From NCBI GenBank assembly GCA_951406725.2, contig OX597823.1, positions 30,256,001-30,320,000 on the forward strand: a stretch of DNA of 64,000 bases, given 5' to 3'. The position numbers and the translations under genes are program-made. Below are positions 1-12,666 of the stretch, in pieces. Below the pieces are notes generated by a model. That model was given only the letters and a program-made list of their open reading frames with translations, was not told where the DNA came from and made no database searches. Numbering within the stretch: the first letter of the stretch is position 1; the number at the start of each line of letters is the position of its first letter. The DNA comes from Octopus vulgaris. Its lineage: Eukaryota.

Positions 1-780
1 TGTAGCTCTCAACCCACTTCGTGAAGGCCGCCATGCACATCCTCCAAAGTTTAGGTATTCAGGACAGTTGTTACGGCTCCCATCTTCTCAATGTTTTCAA
101 AACGGAAGTTCCAGAGTTTCTCTTTCATCTTGGAAAACAGCAAAAAAGTTATAAGGAGCAAGGCCTGGATTGTAGCAAGAATAAGGGGCAGTTTTGATGC
201 AAATCATCGTCAAATAGTTGGTTACCAGTATACTCATCACTGAGCACCCGGGAATCCAACTTTGCACGAAATTTACGCATGTTCAGATTATCATGATTAA
301 TTCTGGGTATTGTCTTTATAGGCACACGACGGTCTTCCTCTTGAAAATTACGTATTTTCTCATCTAGCTCTAATGTCCTTACGTCCTTCTCCCTCCCACA
401 CCTCTCATCACCTCTCATCGCCTCTCACCTCCACTCAGCCATCCTTGAACCTCTTATTCCAGCGGAAAAAGTTAATCCATATGCAGTCGGAAGCATTTCA
501 CAAGTTTCCGTTGAATTTTTACCCAGTTTACACAAAAATCTGTTGCACAGTGACCTTCCAAACGTCCTAACTGCATTCGGCAAACTAGTCAGCTGTGATA
601 AGCAGTTTTTAGTAGGATGTGTTCAAAATGCTATTACAACCAGCTCCTTCAAGGTAGAATTTTTTAAAATGTTGGCAACTCAGCTTATCACGTGTATAGT
701 AATGGCAGACTTAAATTGCAAATATTTTGGACAGTTATAACAAAAAAAAAAGTCCCAATAATTCTAGAATGCTCCTCGTA
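1..780 (-). mobile_element. Decayed, internally deleted mariner (Tc1/mariner) transposon; runs off window start
   Basis: Minus-strand fragments read FCVKLGKNSTETCEML, FRWNKRFKDG..DERCGREKDVRT, MRKFRAKLDSRVLS (WVPRxL-like) and YNPGLAPYNFLLFSKMKEKL (YSPDLAP-like). TIR-like end tacgaggagcattc at ~767-780. Confidence 0.75.
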
Positions 781-1327
781 TATACACAGGCATAAATGTA
801 ACTATACACACGCACGTGACCTGTGACTAAGTTTCCCACCTCACCGCTTTTTGCCACCGGACGCTTATCTTGTCGGTCAACATCTATCTCCTCTCTCTCT
901 GTTTCTCTATATCCATTCAGGGCTTCTTCCAGCTGTTACCCATCATTGAAGTCTGTTTGGCCGAAAGGCCGTATTTATTCCGTCTTCGTCAATTGTTTTA
1001 CATCACATTTGTTTATTTTCGTATGTCCAACCTGTGTTGGTCTGCTTACTCGATCTCTAATTCTCCCTGGCTGGGTGGGTGTGTATGTGTAGTGAATGTA
1101 TGTATACACACACGCACACACACACTGATATATATATATATGTTAAAATGAAATTACGATGAACGTAAACAAACAAATGAAGTTTGCTTTAGAAGCGTTG
1201 AGATGTCTTAGAAAGTTAAAGAAGTGATTTTAAATTCTCAAACGCAGGATAACGCTAATAATATAGCCTGAACAGGATAAGTTACCCTTAGTTTGCAGAA
1301 AAAAGTGTTGGCGACCGGCTATACCTA

Positions 1328-1408
<81 letters not shown>

Positions 1409-1424
1409 GAAATTTGCAGATAAA

Positions 1425-1565
1425 CAAAAGACGAAGACAGGTGTATTAGTTAGACGGGAAGGTGAGAAAGTCTTTTACGTTTCGCGTCTACGCTCTTCAA
1501 CAGAAAGGAACACGAGGAGATAAACAGAGGGAGAATTAAAAGAAAACTTGTGGATTTAGCGGTCG

Positions 1566-1570
<5 letters not shown>
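1425..1570 (-). mobile_element. Penelope-like pseudo-LTR fragment with variant minimal hammerhead (1472-1507)
   Basis: Minus strand reads cttt-CTGTTGA-agagcgtagacgc-GAAA-cg-TA-aaag. Same family as 2860-3020. Flanked by (TA)n. Confidence 0.5.
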
Positions 1571-1599
<29 letters not shown>

Positions 1600-1660
1600 T
1601 AGTAATGGTAAGACAACAAAAGAATGAATGTGACCTCGATATTATGTAAATTGAGGAATT

Positions 1661-1890
1661 TATCTGTAATATGATATGTGACAATTATTCGGTTGCCATC
1701 ATTTTTTACTTTCTCCTCTTCGGATTTCCCCCCTTATTTAATGCTCATTCTAATAGCTCTTTTGTTTGTTTTAATAACGGTCAAATACATAGTAATTTCC
1801 CTTTGTTCAACGGTCATTTTCATAGCATTATTTTGATTGCCTCAGAGTCTTATTATGGCAACTAAATAATTGTCACATATTATATTACAG

Positions 1891-1893
<3 letters not shown>
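1661..1893. repeat. Small element bounded by ~39-bp inverted repeats, within microsatellites
   Basis: tatctgtaatatgatatgtgacaattattcggttgccat (1661-1699) is the reverse complement of 1855-1893 with 3 mismatches. Confidence 0.75.
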
Positions 1894-1944
<51 letters not shown>

Positions 1945-1949
<5 letters not shown>

Positions 1950-2820
1950 CACTTATGAGGCTCTCATAAGTGCTACTGGTAACATGGAATCCAGTAAAAC
2001 CTGTTGCATGGTCGGGTTGTCGGGGACTAAACCAGCACCCTTACCAAGCTACCCTGGTGGGGAGGGTTGCTAGAAACCCAGCAGGATTAAAAACAAGACC
2101 TGTTGAAAGATCAGATAAACCTAGTGCAGGCTCAATGGCTATCTAGCAATAGCACAGGTACGCAGAATTTCTGGGATGGTTTCCAATGTGCTAGAAGACT
2201 ACTGGGAGAGGGGCACCCCTCAGCTTCTGTTGAAGCATGTCTCTAGGTGAAGGTCATTCTGATATAAAAGCCAGATATGCAGGGAATGGCATTGGACATT
2301 TTGGGGATATTTGGTTTGTGCTAGAGATCATGGCTCTCCCATATCCCTGAGCTTGCGACTCATATTGGCACCAGACATCTTGCTCTGGCATGCCTCTAGA
2401 TAATGTCAATAAAGTAGAGAGGGTCTATGAGGTGTCGTGCAAGCCTTATTAGACCTAAAACTCTGCACAGGCATTGCTGACATCTACTAGATATATCGTG
2501 TTTTTTTATGCACGAGGCTGACTGGGAGAGCAATGCCTGTCATCGCCACAGATGGAGGAAGCAGGTTAAGATGGGGGCCGACACCTTTGAGGAGCACGTA
2601 TTCTACATGAAGAATTTAAGCGTGCTGCTCGAAAGTGCACTGCTAGTGTAGTGAATGGGGAAAGCTTGGTTTGCAATGTTTGTAGTCGTGTATGCTTGTC
2701 AAGATCAGGGCTCATTAGCCACCAATGGAGCCGCAAATTCAAAATATAAGTTAGTCCTAGTGTGTACAATGTTCCTGAAGGTCAGCAATGGTCTTCCTCG
2801 GTCACGAGTAGACGGCCATC
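1945..2820 (+). mobile_element. RTE-type LINE derivative (5'UTR-like part joined to 3' end)
   Basis: ~2665-2735 encodes LVCNVCSRVCLSRSGLISHQ, a C2H-type finger typical of RTE ORF ends. It is followed by a short 3' UTR and (TA)n. Confidence 0.55.
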
Positions 2821-2844
2821 ATATATACATATATATATAGTGAG

Positions 2845-3200
2845 AATTTACAACAACAAAAAAAGACGAAGGTGTGTGTGTAAACAACAAACAGATGTAG
2901 TAGTTTAACGCTTAGGAAGTGAGAAAGTCTTTTACGTTCCAAACCTACGCTCTTCGACAGAAAGGAACACAGAAATAAACGGAGAGAAAATAGAAAAAGG
3001 GTTAGTGGCTAGCGATCTAACATGGCGAATGCCGGACAGAGGGGTCACACATGGGTGCTAGGAAGAAGGGAAGGTAATAAAGTAGTGGAGGTGTGTGTGT
3101 GTGGTTCGAATGTACAGAAGACAAAAGATAAAGAAAGTTGAGGGAACAACAAGCAGGTGTATTAGCAAGACGACCGGGAAGAATGGAAAATTCTGATGGA
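2845..3200 (-). mobile_element. Penelope-like pseudo-LTR fragments with degenerate hammerhead (2929-2964)
   Basis: Minus strand reads cttt-CTGTCGA-agagcgtaggttt-GGAA-cg-TA-aaag. Clearly similar to 1425-1570. Confidence 0.45.
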
Positions 3201-3699
3201 TTACTCTATACTTTTGTAAATTACAAATTTATTATTCTTAAATAGGAATATTGTTGACAGTGACTTCGCAGTTACGGCTAGCTAAGTCATCGTCGAACAG
3301 CGTTGCATTAGAGTTAGTCTTGCTTTTATGTAGCCTCTGTTGAGTTAGAAGTCATTTTTGGGAGTGTGTATTTTAAATCAGGAAATAACCTACAACAATT
3401 AAAGACAGGACCAGCCTAAACTTAACACCTGCCTACGTTCTTTTGTGAAAGGAACTTGACACACCTAATTACTGGACTTTGTACCCTTGACCCTTATAAA
3501 TGTCAAAGCAAAAGGATTAAATCTAAAAGCAAGGAAAATACTGTCACGCCCAATGAAAGGGAAACACCTGCAAGTTTATTTACAAAGTGTTACATGCATG
3601 AATGAATTCTAAATTCTAATAACATAAACACAAATTTAACCATGAGAAATTTTACCAAAACACCTTCCCATAACACCACCCCCACTAACACAATATATA

Positions 3700-4533
<834 letters not shown>

Positions 4534-4725
4534 CACCATCGCTTGTCCCCACCACCATCGCTCGACAACCGATGTTGGTATGGTTACGTCCCCGTAACAT
4601 AGCGGTTTAGCAAAAGAGATTGATAGAATAAGTATTAGACTTACAAAGAATAAGACCTGGGGTCGACTTGTTTGACTGAAGGTTGTGCTCCAACATGGCC
4701 GCAGTCAAATGACTGAAAGTAAAGA

Positions 4726-4799
<74 letters not shown>

Positions 4800-4807
4800 G
4801 TCTGAAT

Positions 4808-4853
<46 letters not shown>

Positions 4854-4904
4854 AATTAAATTTATTTCCTTTGGAGGTTACTTTTGACTAAATATCCTAC
4901 ATTT

Positions 4905-6070
4905 TTCAGGAAACATCGAACATTTTCATTTTCGTTCCCATATGTAGTTTCAGAAATTATTCCCTTGTGGCCCGCACACTTCTTCCATCGGTGTTGCAGT
5001 GCTTAGATCCAATTGGTGAAGAAGATATCATCTTGTTGGCCACAAAAATCTTCAGCTGCAGATATGACGTCATCATCACTGTGACACTGATTCACAGCCA
5101 AGTGTTTTTGTTTTTTTTCGTGTTGGAGAACTGATGATAATCAGATGAGGCCAAAATCAGGAGAATAAAGAGAGTGCTCAACAAGTTCAAATTCACAGTT
5201 ATTGCACAGCAGTCATTGAAAGCAAAGACTTGTGTGCTTGGGAATTGTCCTGATGGAACAAGACCCTTTCGTGAGTTTTCCTGGCCGTTTGGTCTTGGTG
5301 GCCTTTTGTAACTGCCTCACCAAGTTGGCATAGTACTCTCCATTAATGGCGTGGCCCTTTTGGAGATAATCAATAAACACTATGCTTTTTGCATCCCAAA
5401 AAACTGGCACCATTGCCTTCCATTCACATGAGACAACCTTGGCTTTCTTTGGAGAAGTGTTTCCACTGCGTGGATTGTCTCTTTGTCTTAAGCTCAAAGT
5501 GATGAAACCAACATTTCTCCTAACTTAGGAAACGTTCAAGGAAACCAGTTAGATCTGCTTCAGACAATGTCAGATTTTCCCGTGGTGTGATCAGCTTGGT
5601 ACACTTTTGAGCTGGTTTCAGAAGACATGGCACCCACCAAGCAGAAACCTTTGTCATGCCAAGTTCATTGTGCAGAATACTCTCAACTCTCTCAGTGAGA
5701 TATGCTAATAACATTAGCAATTTGATTTATAGCCAATCGCCAGTCATTCATTACCATGCATGTAGGGAATATGATCAATGTTTTACTCGATGGTGGAGTT
5801 GCAAGGCGTCCAGACGTTGGATCACCTTCATGATTCTTCCTTCCCCTCTTAAATTCAGTTTCCCACCTTTGCACTGTTGATTAGCTAAGCATCATCCCTG
5901 AATATAGTAACTATGTCCGCAAGAATGTCATTGGGAGATAAATCCCTTTTTTGCAGGTACTTGATAGCACCACAATGCCCAAATTCAGTCCATTTTCAAG
6001 AGAATTCGCTACCAGTTGTCTATGAAGTGTTCTTTGAACAGTCAGATAACAGTTTTTCTGGATAAAAAAC
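4905..6070 (-). mobile_element. Decayed mariner transposase (pseudogene)
   Basis: ORF pieces QRWETEFKRGR, ILHNELGMTKVSAWWVPCLL and VFWDAKSIVFIDYLQKGHAINGEYYANL. Multiple frameshifts. Confidence 0.85.
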
Positions 6071-6121
6071 AATGCTTTTTTTAATAAGAGGAGTTGAAAT
6101 TAATTTATGCAAGATTTCACA

Positions 6122-6292
6122 AATGCTTGGCGGTGTTTCATCCGTCTTTACATTCTGAGTTCAAATTCCGTTGAGGTCGGCTTTGCCTTTCATCGGGGTC
6201 GATAAATTAAGTACCAGTTACGTACTGGAGTCGATCTAATCGACTGGCTCCCTCCCCGAAAATTTCGGGCTTTTGCTTAGATTAGAAAAGAA
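6122..6292 (+). mobile_element. SINE family A (tRNA-derived, core gcctttcatcctttcggggtcgataaattaagtaccag)
   Basis: B-box-like gagttcaaattcc and the conserved core shared with more than 25 copies in the window. Confidence 0.85.
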
Positions 6293-6656
6293 TTTAAATT
6301 AGATTTATTTTTGTATTTTGAATGGACTGTGGCCGCCTTATTATAATTCATGCATATTATTATATAGCTCTCAATTGGGGGCAATATATAGTTGTGAAGG
6401 AGGTAACACTGGGGGTCGATGCTATCAACTTACACCCTCCCCTAAAATTTCTGACCTTGTGCCAAAATTTGAAACCTGTATTAATATACAATCTTTATTA
6501 CCTTCATGATAGTATTATTCCTTTATAGTCAGCCGATTAAATACAGCCGACGAAATAGACCCCAAAAGGTCTACGAACCACTTAGATTATTACTTCACTG
6601 TACGAGGTTGTAAGCCAGGAAAATAGACAGCGAGAATTTATAAAATAACTTGGATA

Positions 6657-6720
6657 GTCCTAAATCTATAGATTTCACGGTTTGAGTTATTAAAAACACT
6701 TTCCGATCATCAGTGGCGAC
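6657..6720 (-). ncRNA. Candidate type I hammerhead ribozyme (imperfect stem I)
   Basis: gtcgcca-CTGATGA-tcgg..ccgt-GAAA-tctataga-TT-taggac. Canonical core, 3-bp stem II, palindromic stem III. Confidence 0.5.
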
Positions 6721-7376
6721 ATAAATAAATGAAAAATAAATGAAAAATACATTATACATACCGCCATAAGGGCAAAATAATGTATATGCATTCCGGACGT
6801 ATCCACGAATTAAAATCCAAGCGCCTATTTCAATCATGTGCTTATTTGCTCAGTATAGTAATTATGTATAAAATCCTAATTATCATAATTATGTATAAAA
6901 ATATCCTAATTATGTATAAAAAATATATATTAATCCACTCCTATAACATATTTACTGCAGAACTATTCTGAGTAACGTAACAAATTTACCCTAATCCTAA
7001 CACCCCTCCTCAACTTCTACTCTATTACACCTCTCATTCACCCTTTACCTCTCTAAATAACTCCATTGCGTTTTACCCCCAAAGAGACGTTGAACCCAGG
7101 CGTTTTATTTTTTTTTATTTGGATTCAATTTTCTGGGTTGCATCTTTATTTCCCTTTGAAATTTCGTAAAGATTCGCTGAAATGTTTGTTTCCTGACAAC
7201 CAAACATGGACGCCTATAACCAGCGCATATGTTGATAAATTGCAAATAGTATTGATAAACATACATTCAGCCTCATTGTGTAAATAAACGGTGTGGCTAT
7301 ACAACACTGATAACTCTGCAAAGACGAACACAAGATGGCTCGGCAACATTCACTGCACTCTACACACGCACACACG

Positions 7377-7422
<46 letters not shown>

Positions 7423-7469
7423 GCACATACACACATACACGCACACACACATACACACACACATACAAT

Positions 7470-7502
<33 letters not shown>

Positions 7503-8544
7503 TGGTACACATGTGCGCAGCTACGCAGGCTATAGTTACAACACAGTGTTTGCTCCTACAAAGACGTGCCTGGGAACAGTTCGACTAGTTTCAACTGGAC
7601 TACATACACACGCACGCATACACGCATACACGCAGGCACACACGCATGCACGAAGGCATGCATGCTCGAACACAATGATTTCTCTGCTCGTCTCATGACC
7701 TGTCGCCTCTTTATACATTTCCTGGTGTCAAATTATCTCTGCTGAATCAATATCAAATGACGGTAGATTACATGTAGTTACCTAGCAACCAGTCTTCTAT
7801 TGCAAATAAATAAAACTACGATGGATCTATAAACCAAAGTTAAGATCAATGATTTGTGAGTCGTTTAATGCTCTGTTTGTATATATTTATATATATTTCA
7901 CTCTTTTAATGTTCCTCAATGGAACAAAATGATATTGCAGAGTTTCTACGAGACATCACATTACGTCTAAACAGTGTTGTTATGGCTAGTGATCAAGGAT
8001 TTTTATTTCTAGATTGCCATACGTGTTGTGTGTTGTGTTCAGGCGGTTGTTATGTTCTTTAATGTTATATTGTGTATAAAGGTGTTGTTATACCCCTTAT
8101 ACCGCACGCACGCACACACTTACACACACACACACACACACACAGTCTCTCTTTTTTTCTTTCCCTCTCTCTCTCTCTCTCTCTCCCACGCCTTCTTTTT
8201 CATGGTCGAGAGAGAGAGAGAAAGACGCTCCAGTAAATTGAAGAACAGAATTCTTTAATGATAATAACAGCTTTAGGTCTTTATAAGCAGAAACGAAAGC
8301 CACAAGGAGTTTCCGGTGTGACTGCTTACCGAACAAACGTCTTCATTGTGCGCTGCTATCTGGACGACAGATGAAAAACGTCGAAGCAATTTAGAAACAA
8401 TATTTAATCGGTTAACAGATAAGACCTTTCAAAAGTGCCATAAAGAAAAATGAATCTTTTTTTGCCTTTTTTAATCTTGGTTATACTTTTAGCGTATCTG
8501 GCAAAAGTCTTATTGGAGTAGATGAATATGCTTTAAAATATACT

Positions 8545-8680
8545 TTTCTCCTCTAGGCACAAGGCTCGAAATTATTGGGGAGCGGAGCCAGTCGATTAGA
8601 TCGACCCCAGTACGCAACTGGTACTTAATTTATCGACCCCGAAAGGATAAAAGGTAAAGTCGACCTCGGCGAAATTTGAC
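8545..8680 (-). mobile_element. SINE family A
   Basis: Reverse-complement core ctggtacttaatttatcgaccccgaaaggataaaaggtaaagtcgacctcggcg. Confidence 0.85.
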
Positions 8681-9959
8681 CTATATATATATCAGAAATT
8701 AAATACTTGAGACTGATAGAATGAGTATCAAACATCAAAGTAAGTAATACAAAAACGATAAGTACTGGGGTGGATACTTTCGATTAAAACCCTTCAACGC
8801 GGTGCCCCATCAGGGCCATAGTCCAATGATCGAAACGAGCAAAAGATAAAAAGATAGAAAGAACATAATAAGTTTGACTCTTTTTTATTTAGAATTAATG
8901 ACAACGACTGTATCAGTCTAATGATCAAAGGATCACTGACAAAGTTTAGATTAGATAAAACCATGAGAGCCTGAGATTGCTGAGCTCTCATATTACAACG
9001 AAAGTATGTCGCTAATTTGTCACCAGCCAGAACAGTTCTATTACGATGAGAGAATAGAGCTGAACGTTCATTTTTGGATCATGCGTGTAAAACAGTGAAT
9101 GGACATCGATACCGATACTCGCAAGTAAATTAAGAAGGAGTATCTATTACAATCATTTTTCATAAATTTAATACATTCTTTTTTCTTCTTTTTCCCCCTT
9201 AATTTATTGCTGATTACAAGCCACTAGTAGACATACTCTCACCGGATAAAAACATACCTATACGTCGCAGTCAACAACCGCAATGCTGGATGATATTATC
9301 AGTGTCGTTCAAATATACTGTATGATGTAAAGCTTTGAAGCAACACGAAAACACTGATGCATGAACAAGATTGCTGATTGGACTTCATTAATTACGGCTT
9401 TAACGAAAATGTCATAAAAATTTGTATTCTATCTGGAAGAGAAATACATTATATTATTGATGGAAGTCTCAATGGAATATTGGTTACCATTAAACTGGTA
9501 TTCTATTGAACCGGAGCTGAAGTCTGATAACGACATTATTCGATTTCAACAATTCCTCGATAATGGTTGGCCAGCAAACAAAACAAAATAAAATGAAGAC
9601 AAGCATTTAAGAGAACATTGGATAAAACGAATTGCAATCAATTATCACGGGAATTTGTTAATTTTTGCAGTCCAATGTTCTTATAGTAATTATTCCTAAA
9701 ATATTCCACAATAAAATGTTGACGCTACTCCAAGAAGGCCATTACACGACTCAAATGAACGAAACGACCCGTAGATACTGCAACTGACCAAAATGTTATC
9801 TGTTACGGATGCGGGAGTCAGATTTAGTCCTGTATGACGATCAGGTTTTATTACATCTGGACCCAGGCAATGAAAACATCGACTGCATCAGAATATGTTT
9901 AATTAAAATGATGCTTATTTTCATTGATCATTTCCCGAAATTTCTATTTATGACAACAA

Positions 9960-10290
9960 CGCTAACAACAGCGGGAAGTGTAATCTCCCAAAAGAGCTGT
10001 TCTTCACTCCTGCTCCAGAGCGTGGGCTGCGGGGTCACTCCGAAAACCTCTATCTACGACGTTTTCATCTCAATCAAAGGAGAGGGGCTTTCTCCGTCCG
10101 GGTTGCGGATCCGTGGAATAAGCTGCCGGACGAGATAGTGAAGATGCCGACGACTGCTCGGTTCAAAGTCTCTCTTGACCAGAAATGGCCTGAACTCTTT
10201 GTATGACCACCCTCTCTGTACATAACTCCCTGTCCCCCTACATGACATTGCTTTTGCTTTTTGAGCCAATAAAAATTGAATTGAATTGAA
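9960..10290 (+). mobile_element. CR1-type LINE 3' end inserted in the Gypsy integrase
   Basis: RGHSENLYLRRFHLNQRRGAFSVRVADPWNKLPDEIV..RFKVSLD followed by aataaa and an (attga)n tail. Confidence 0.8.
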
Positions 10291-10858
10291 CTTACAGTTG
10301 AAACATTGATAATATTCCGTAAAACTATCTTTACAGGACTGTCTGAAATATTTATACCCTTAAATGGACCTCAATTTACGTCATCACAAATTTTGCAATG
10401 AAATGGCAATTCAGCATTTGAAGTCATCTGTCTATCACCCGGTTTTAAGGGGTGAATCAGAACGCTTAGCTTACACAAGGAATTCCTTGTAAATTATTCA
10501 TTGATAGGAAGTCAATCAAATTTTTTTTATCGTTCTGTGCATTATCCAGCATTGAACGGAAAATCGTCAGCAGAAATGCTTTACGGTCAACAACTATAAA
10601 TGATTTTGCCATTATTATTACCGCCCAAAATATCAAATGCAGAACAGATAAACAGTTTCAATAAATTATATACGGATGATTAGCATTTATCAGGGATTAT
10701 CGAAACAAAAATAGGTCGATTTGCAGCACGGTTGCTGAGAAACTCGGTTCAAGGGTGTACTTAATTCAAAGAGATGTCAACAGAAACAGCACCAGAGTCA
10801 CAATCGCTAACATCTGGAACCATTGCGGATTAGACATACACTGGACAAATTCAATGAC

Positions 10859-10907
<49 letters not shown>

Positions 10908-10908
<1 letters not shown>

Positions 10909-11165
10909 TCAATTCAAATAAGCAAACAATTAAAAAATACAGAGAAAAACAGAAAAAATCGAACGTGACGTGAACAAGAAATATATTAATTAGACGTTCG
11001 GTGAAGGGGCAGAGTTATTGTTAACGTTTCAAGTATAGCTCTTCGTCGGAAACAGGAAAGTCCAAAGAGAAAGAATGAAAATTAAGGAAACATCGCCCAG
11101 TCCATATGCAGTTATATTCCTGAACTGACCGGAAGTGGAAGGAGAAAGAGAAAGTGGTTTCTGGT
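10908..11165 (-). mobile_element. Penelope-like pseudo-LTR fragment with variant hammerhead (11019-11054)
   Basis: Minus strand reads tgttt-CCGACGA-agagctatactt-GAAA-cg-TT-aaca. Bounded by microsatellites. Confidence 0.5.
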
Positions 11166-11256
11166 AAAGGTGAGTGTGAAGATGGTCGGTTTGTGTGTGT
11201 GTGTTGGTAGCGTGCGTATGCATGGTAGCGTGTGTGTATGTGGCAGTAAATATATA

Positions 11257-11298
<42 letters not shown>

Positions 11299-11303
11299 TA
11301 TGT

Positions 11304-11363
<60 letters not shown>

Positions 11364-11659
11364 TCAATGAGAATATTATATACTGAATTTATATTGAGTG
11401 CTCAATTGTATCAAAGTATTAATACTATTAAAGTATTTATGTATTTAATACGAGCAATTATATATATTTTATAATATATTATTATTAATATCATGAAATC
11501 AATATTAGAAAATTCTTCAGAAGGATATATACGTGTGTAAAATAATTGTTGAATTAAAAATATAAATATATATATATATAAAACAAATATGTAAATATGT
11601 ATAAGTATAAATATATAATATACATGACATTTTAAAAGTTTTGAATTAAGTTTTTAAAG

Positions 11660-11751
11660 TATCTTACGAACGTTTCGCAGAAGTGCTGTCCCTGTAATGG
11701 AACCCTATATTGATAAGTATTTGTAGACAACTCTTCTGCTCTTCAGAGATA
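11660..11751 (-). ncRNA. Type I hammerhead ribozyme with extended stem II
   Basis: tatct-CTGAAGA-gcagaag...cttctgc-GAAA-cgttcg-TA-agata. 5-bp stem I, perfect 7-bp base of stem II with G10.1-C11.1, GUA triplet. Confidence 0.8.
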
Positions 11752-11888
11752 TAAAATTTGAATTTTATATAATGTATCGAATGGTAGTATTTTATAAATA
11801 TGAAGTAATACTATAAAGTGGTGTTATAGTATTACTTCATATTTTTAAAAGACTACGATTCGATATATTATACAACATTCAAATTTTA

Positions 11889-11980
11889 TATCTCTGAAGA
11901 GCAGAAGAGTTGTCTACAAATGCTTATCAATATAAGATTCCATTATAGGGACAGCACTTTTTCGAAACGATCGTAAGATA
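11889..11980 (+). ncRNA. Type I hammerhead ribozyme with extended stem II (mirror copy)
   Basis: tatct-CTGAAGA-gcagaag...ctttttc-GAAA-cgatcg-TA-agata. Palindromic stem III. Predicted cleavage after 11975. Confidence 0.75.
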
Positions 11981-12014
11981 ATTTAAAAACTTAATTCAAA
12001 ACTTTTAAAATGTA

Positions 12015-12424
12015 CTATCTATATCTATAAAACAGTCCTTGGACGAAAATTGTATGCACATTTTGCTTTGACGGTTAATGACGGCCAAACCGAGGCTAGG
12101 ATCGAGCTGAAAATTGGCAGGGACACTAAATGCGTGGTGAGGATGAGAGCCGCGATGGTTAAAATTCGCAAGCTATAAAGATGTGGTTGCTATGGCAAAA
12201 ATAATGAGTTTTATCTCTCTATAACGACGTTTGACAGCTTCGTCTCTCTGTCACTCTTACTTCCACCACCTCTTCCACTGTACGTCTGTCTGTATCTATA
12301 GAAAGCGTTGACAGCCGCAAAAGTTTAAATATTGCCGCCACGGGTCTTTTAGAACGGTGAATTATTATCGCCCACCACCATCGCACAATCATAACAGATA
12401 TTATTAATCAGATATATTGTGCTA

Positions 12425-12504
<80 letters not shown>

Positions 12505-12627
12505 ATGTATATATATGTGTGTGTGTGTGTGTATAAATATATATATATAATGTATTTATATATATATATATATGTAGACATGTATATATAATGCGTATAT
12601 ATGTACATATTTAATGCGTATATATAA

Positions 12628-12666
<39 letters not shown>

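Larger units (their letters stand above)
8240..10830 (+). mobile_element. Heavily decayed Ty3/Gypsy pol (RT, RNase H, integrase), interrupted by SINEs and a LINE
   Basis: Motifs in Gypsy order: TALGLYKQKRKPQG..CYLDD (8245-8370), RYSQV..ADYKPLVDILSPDKNIP..HENTDA (9110-9360), IIPK..LTLLQEGH (9690-9745), NGPQFTS..YHP..GESER (10360-10465), NGKSSAEMLYGQQL (10555-10600). No LTRs recognised. Confidence 0.75.

Noticed and set aside
6545-6590. CCGACGA..tagacc/ggtcta hairpin..GAAC
   Set aside because: Two core deviations and no stem I or stem III.
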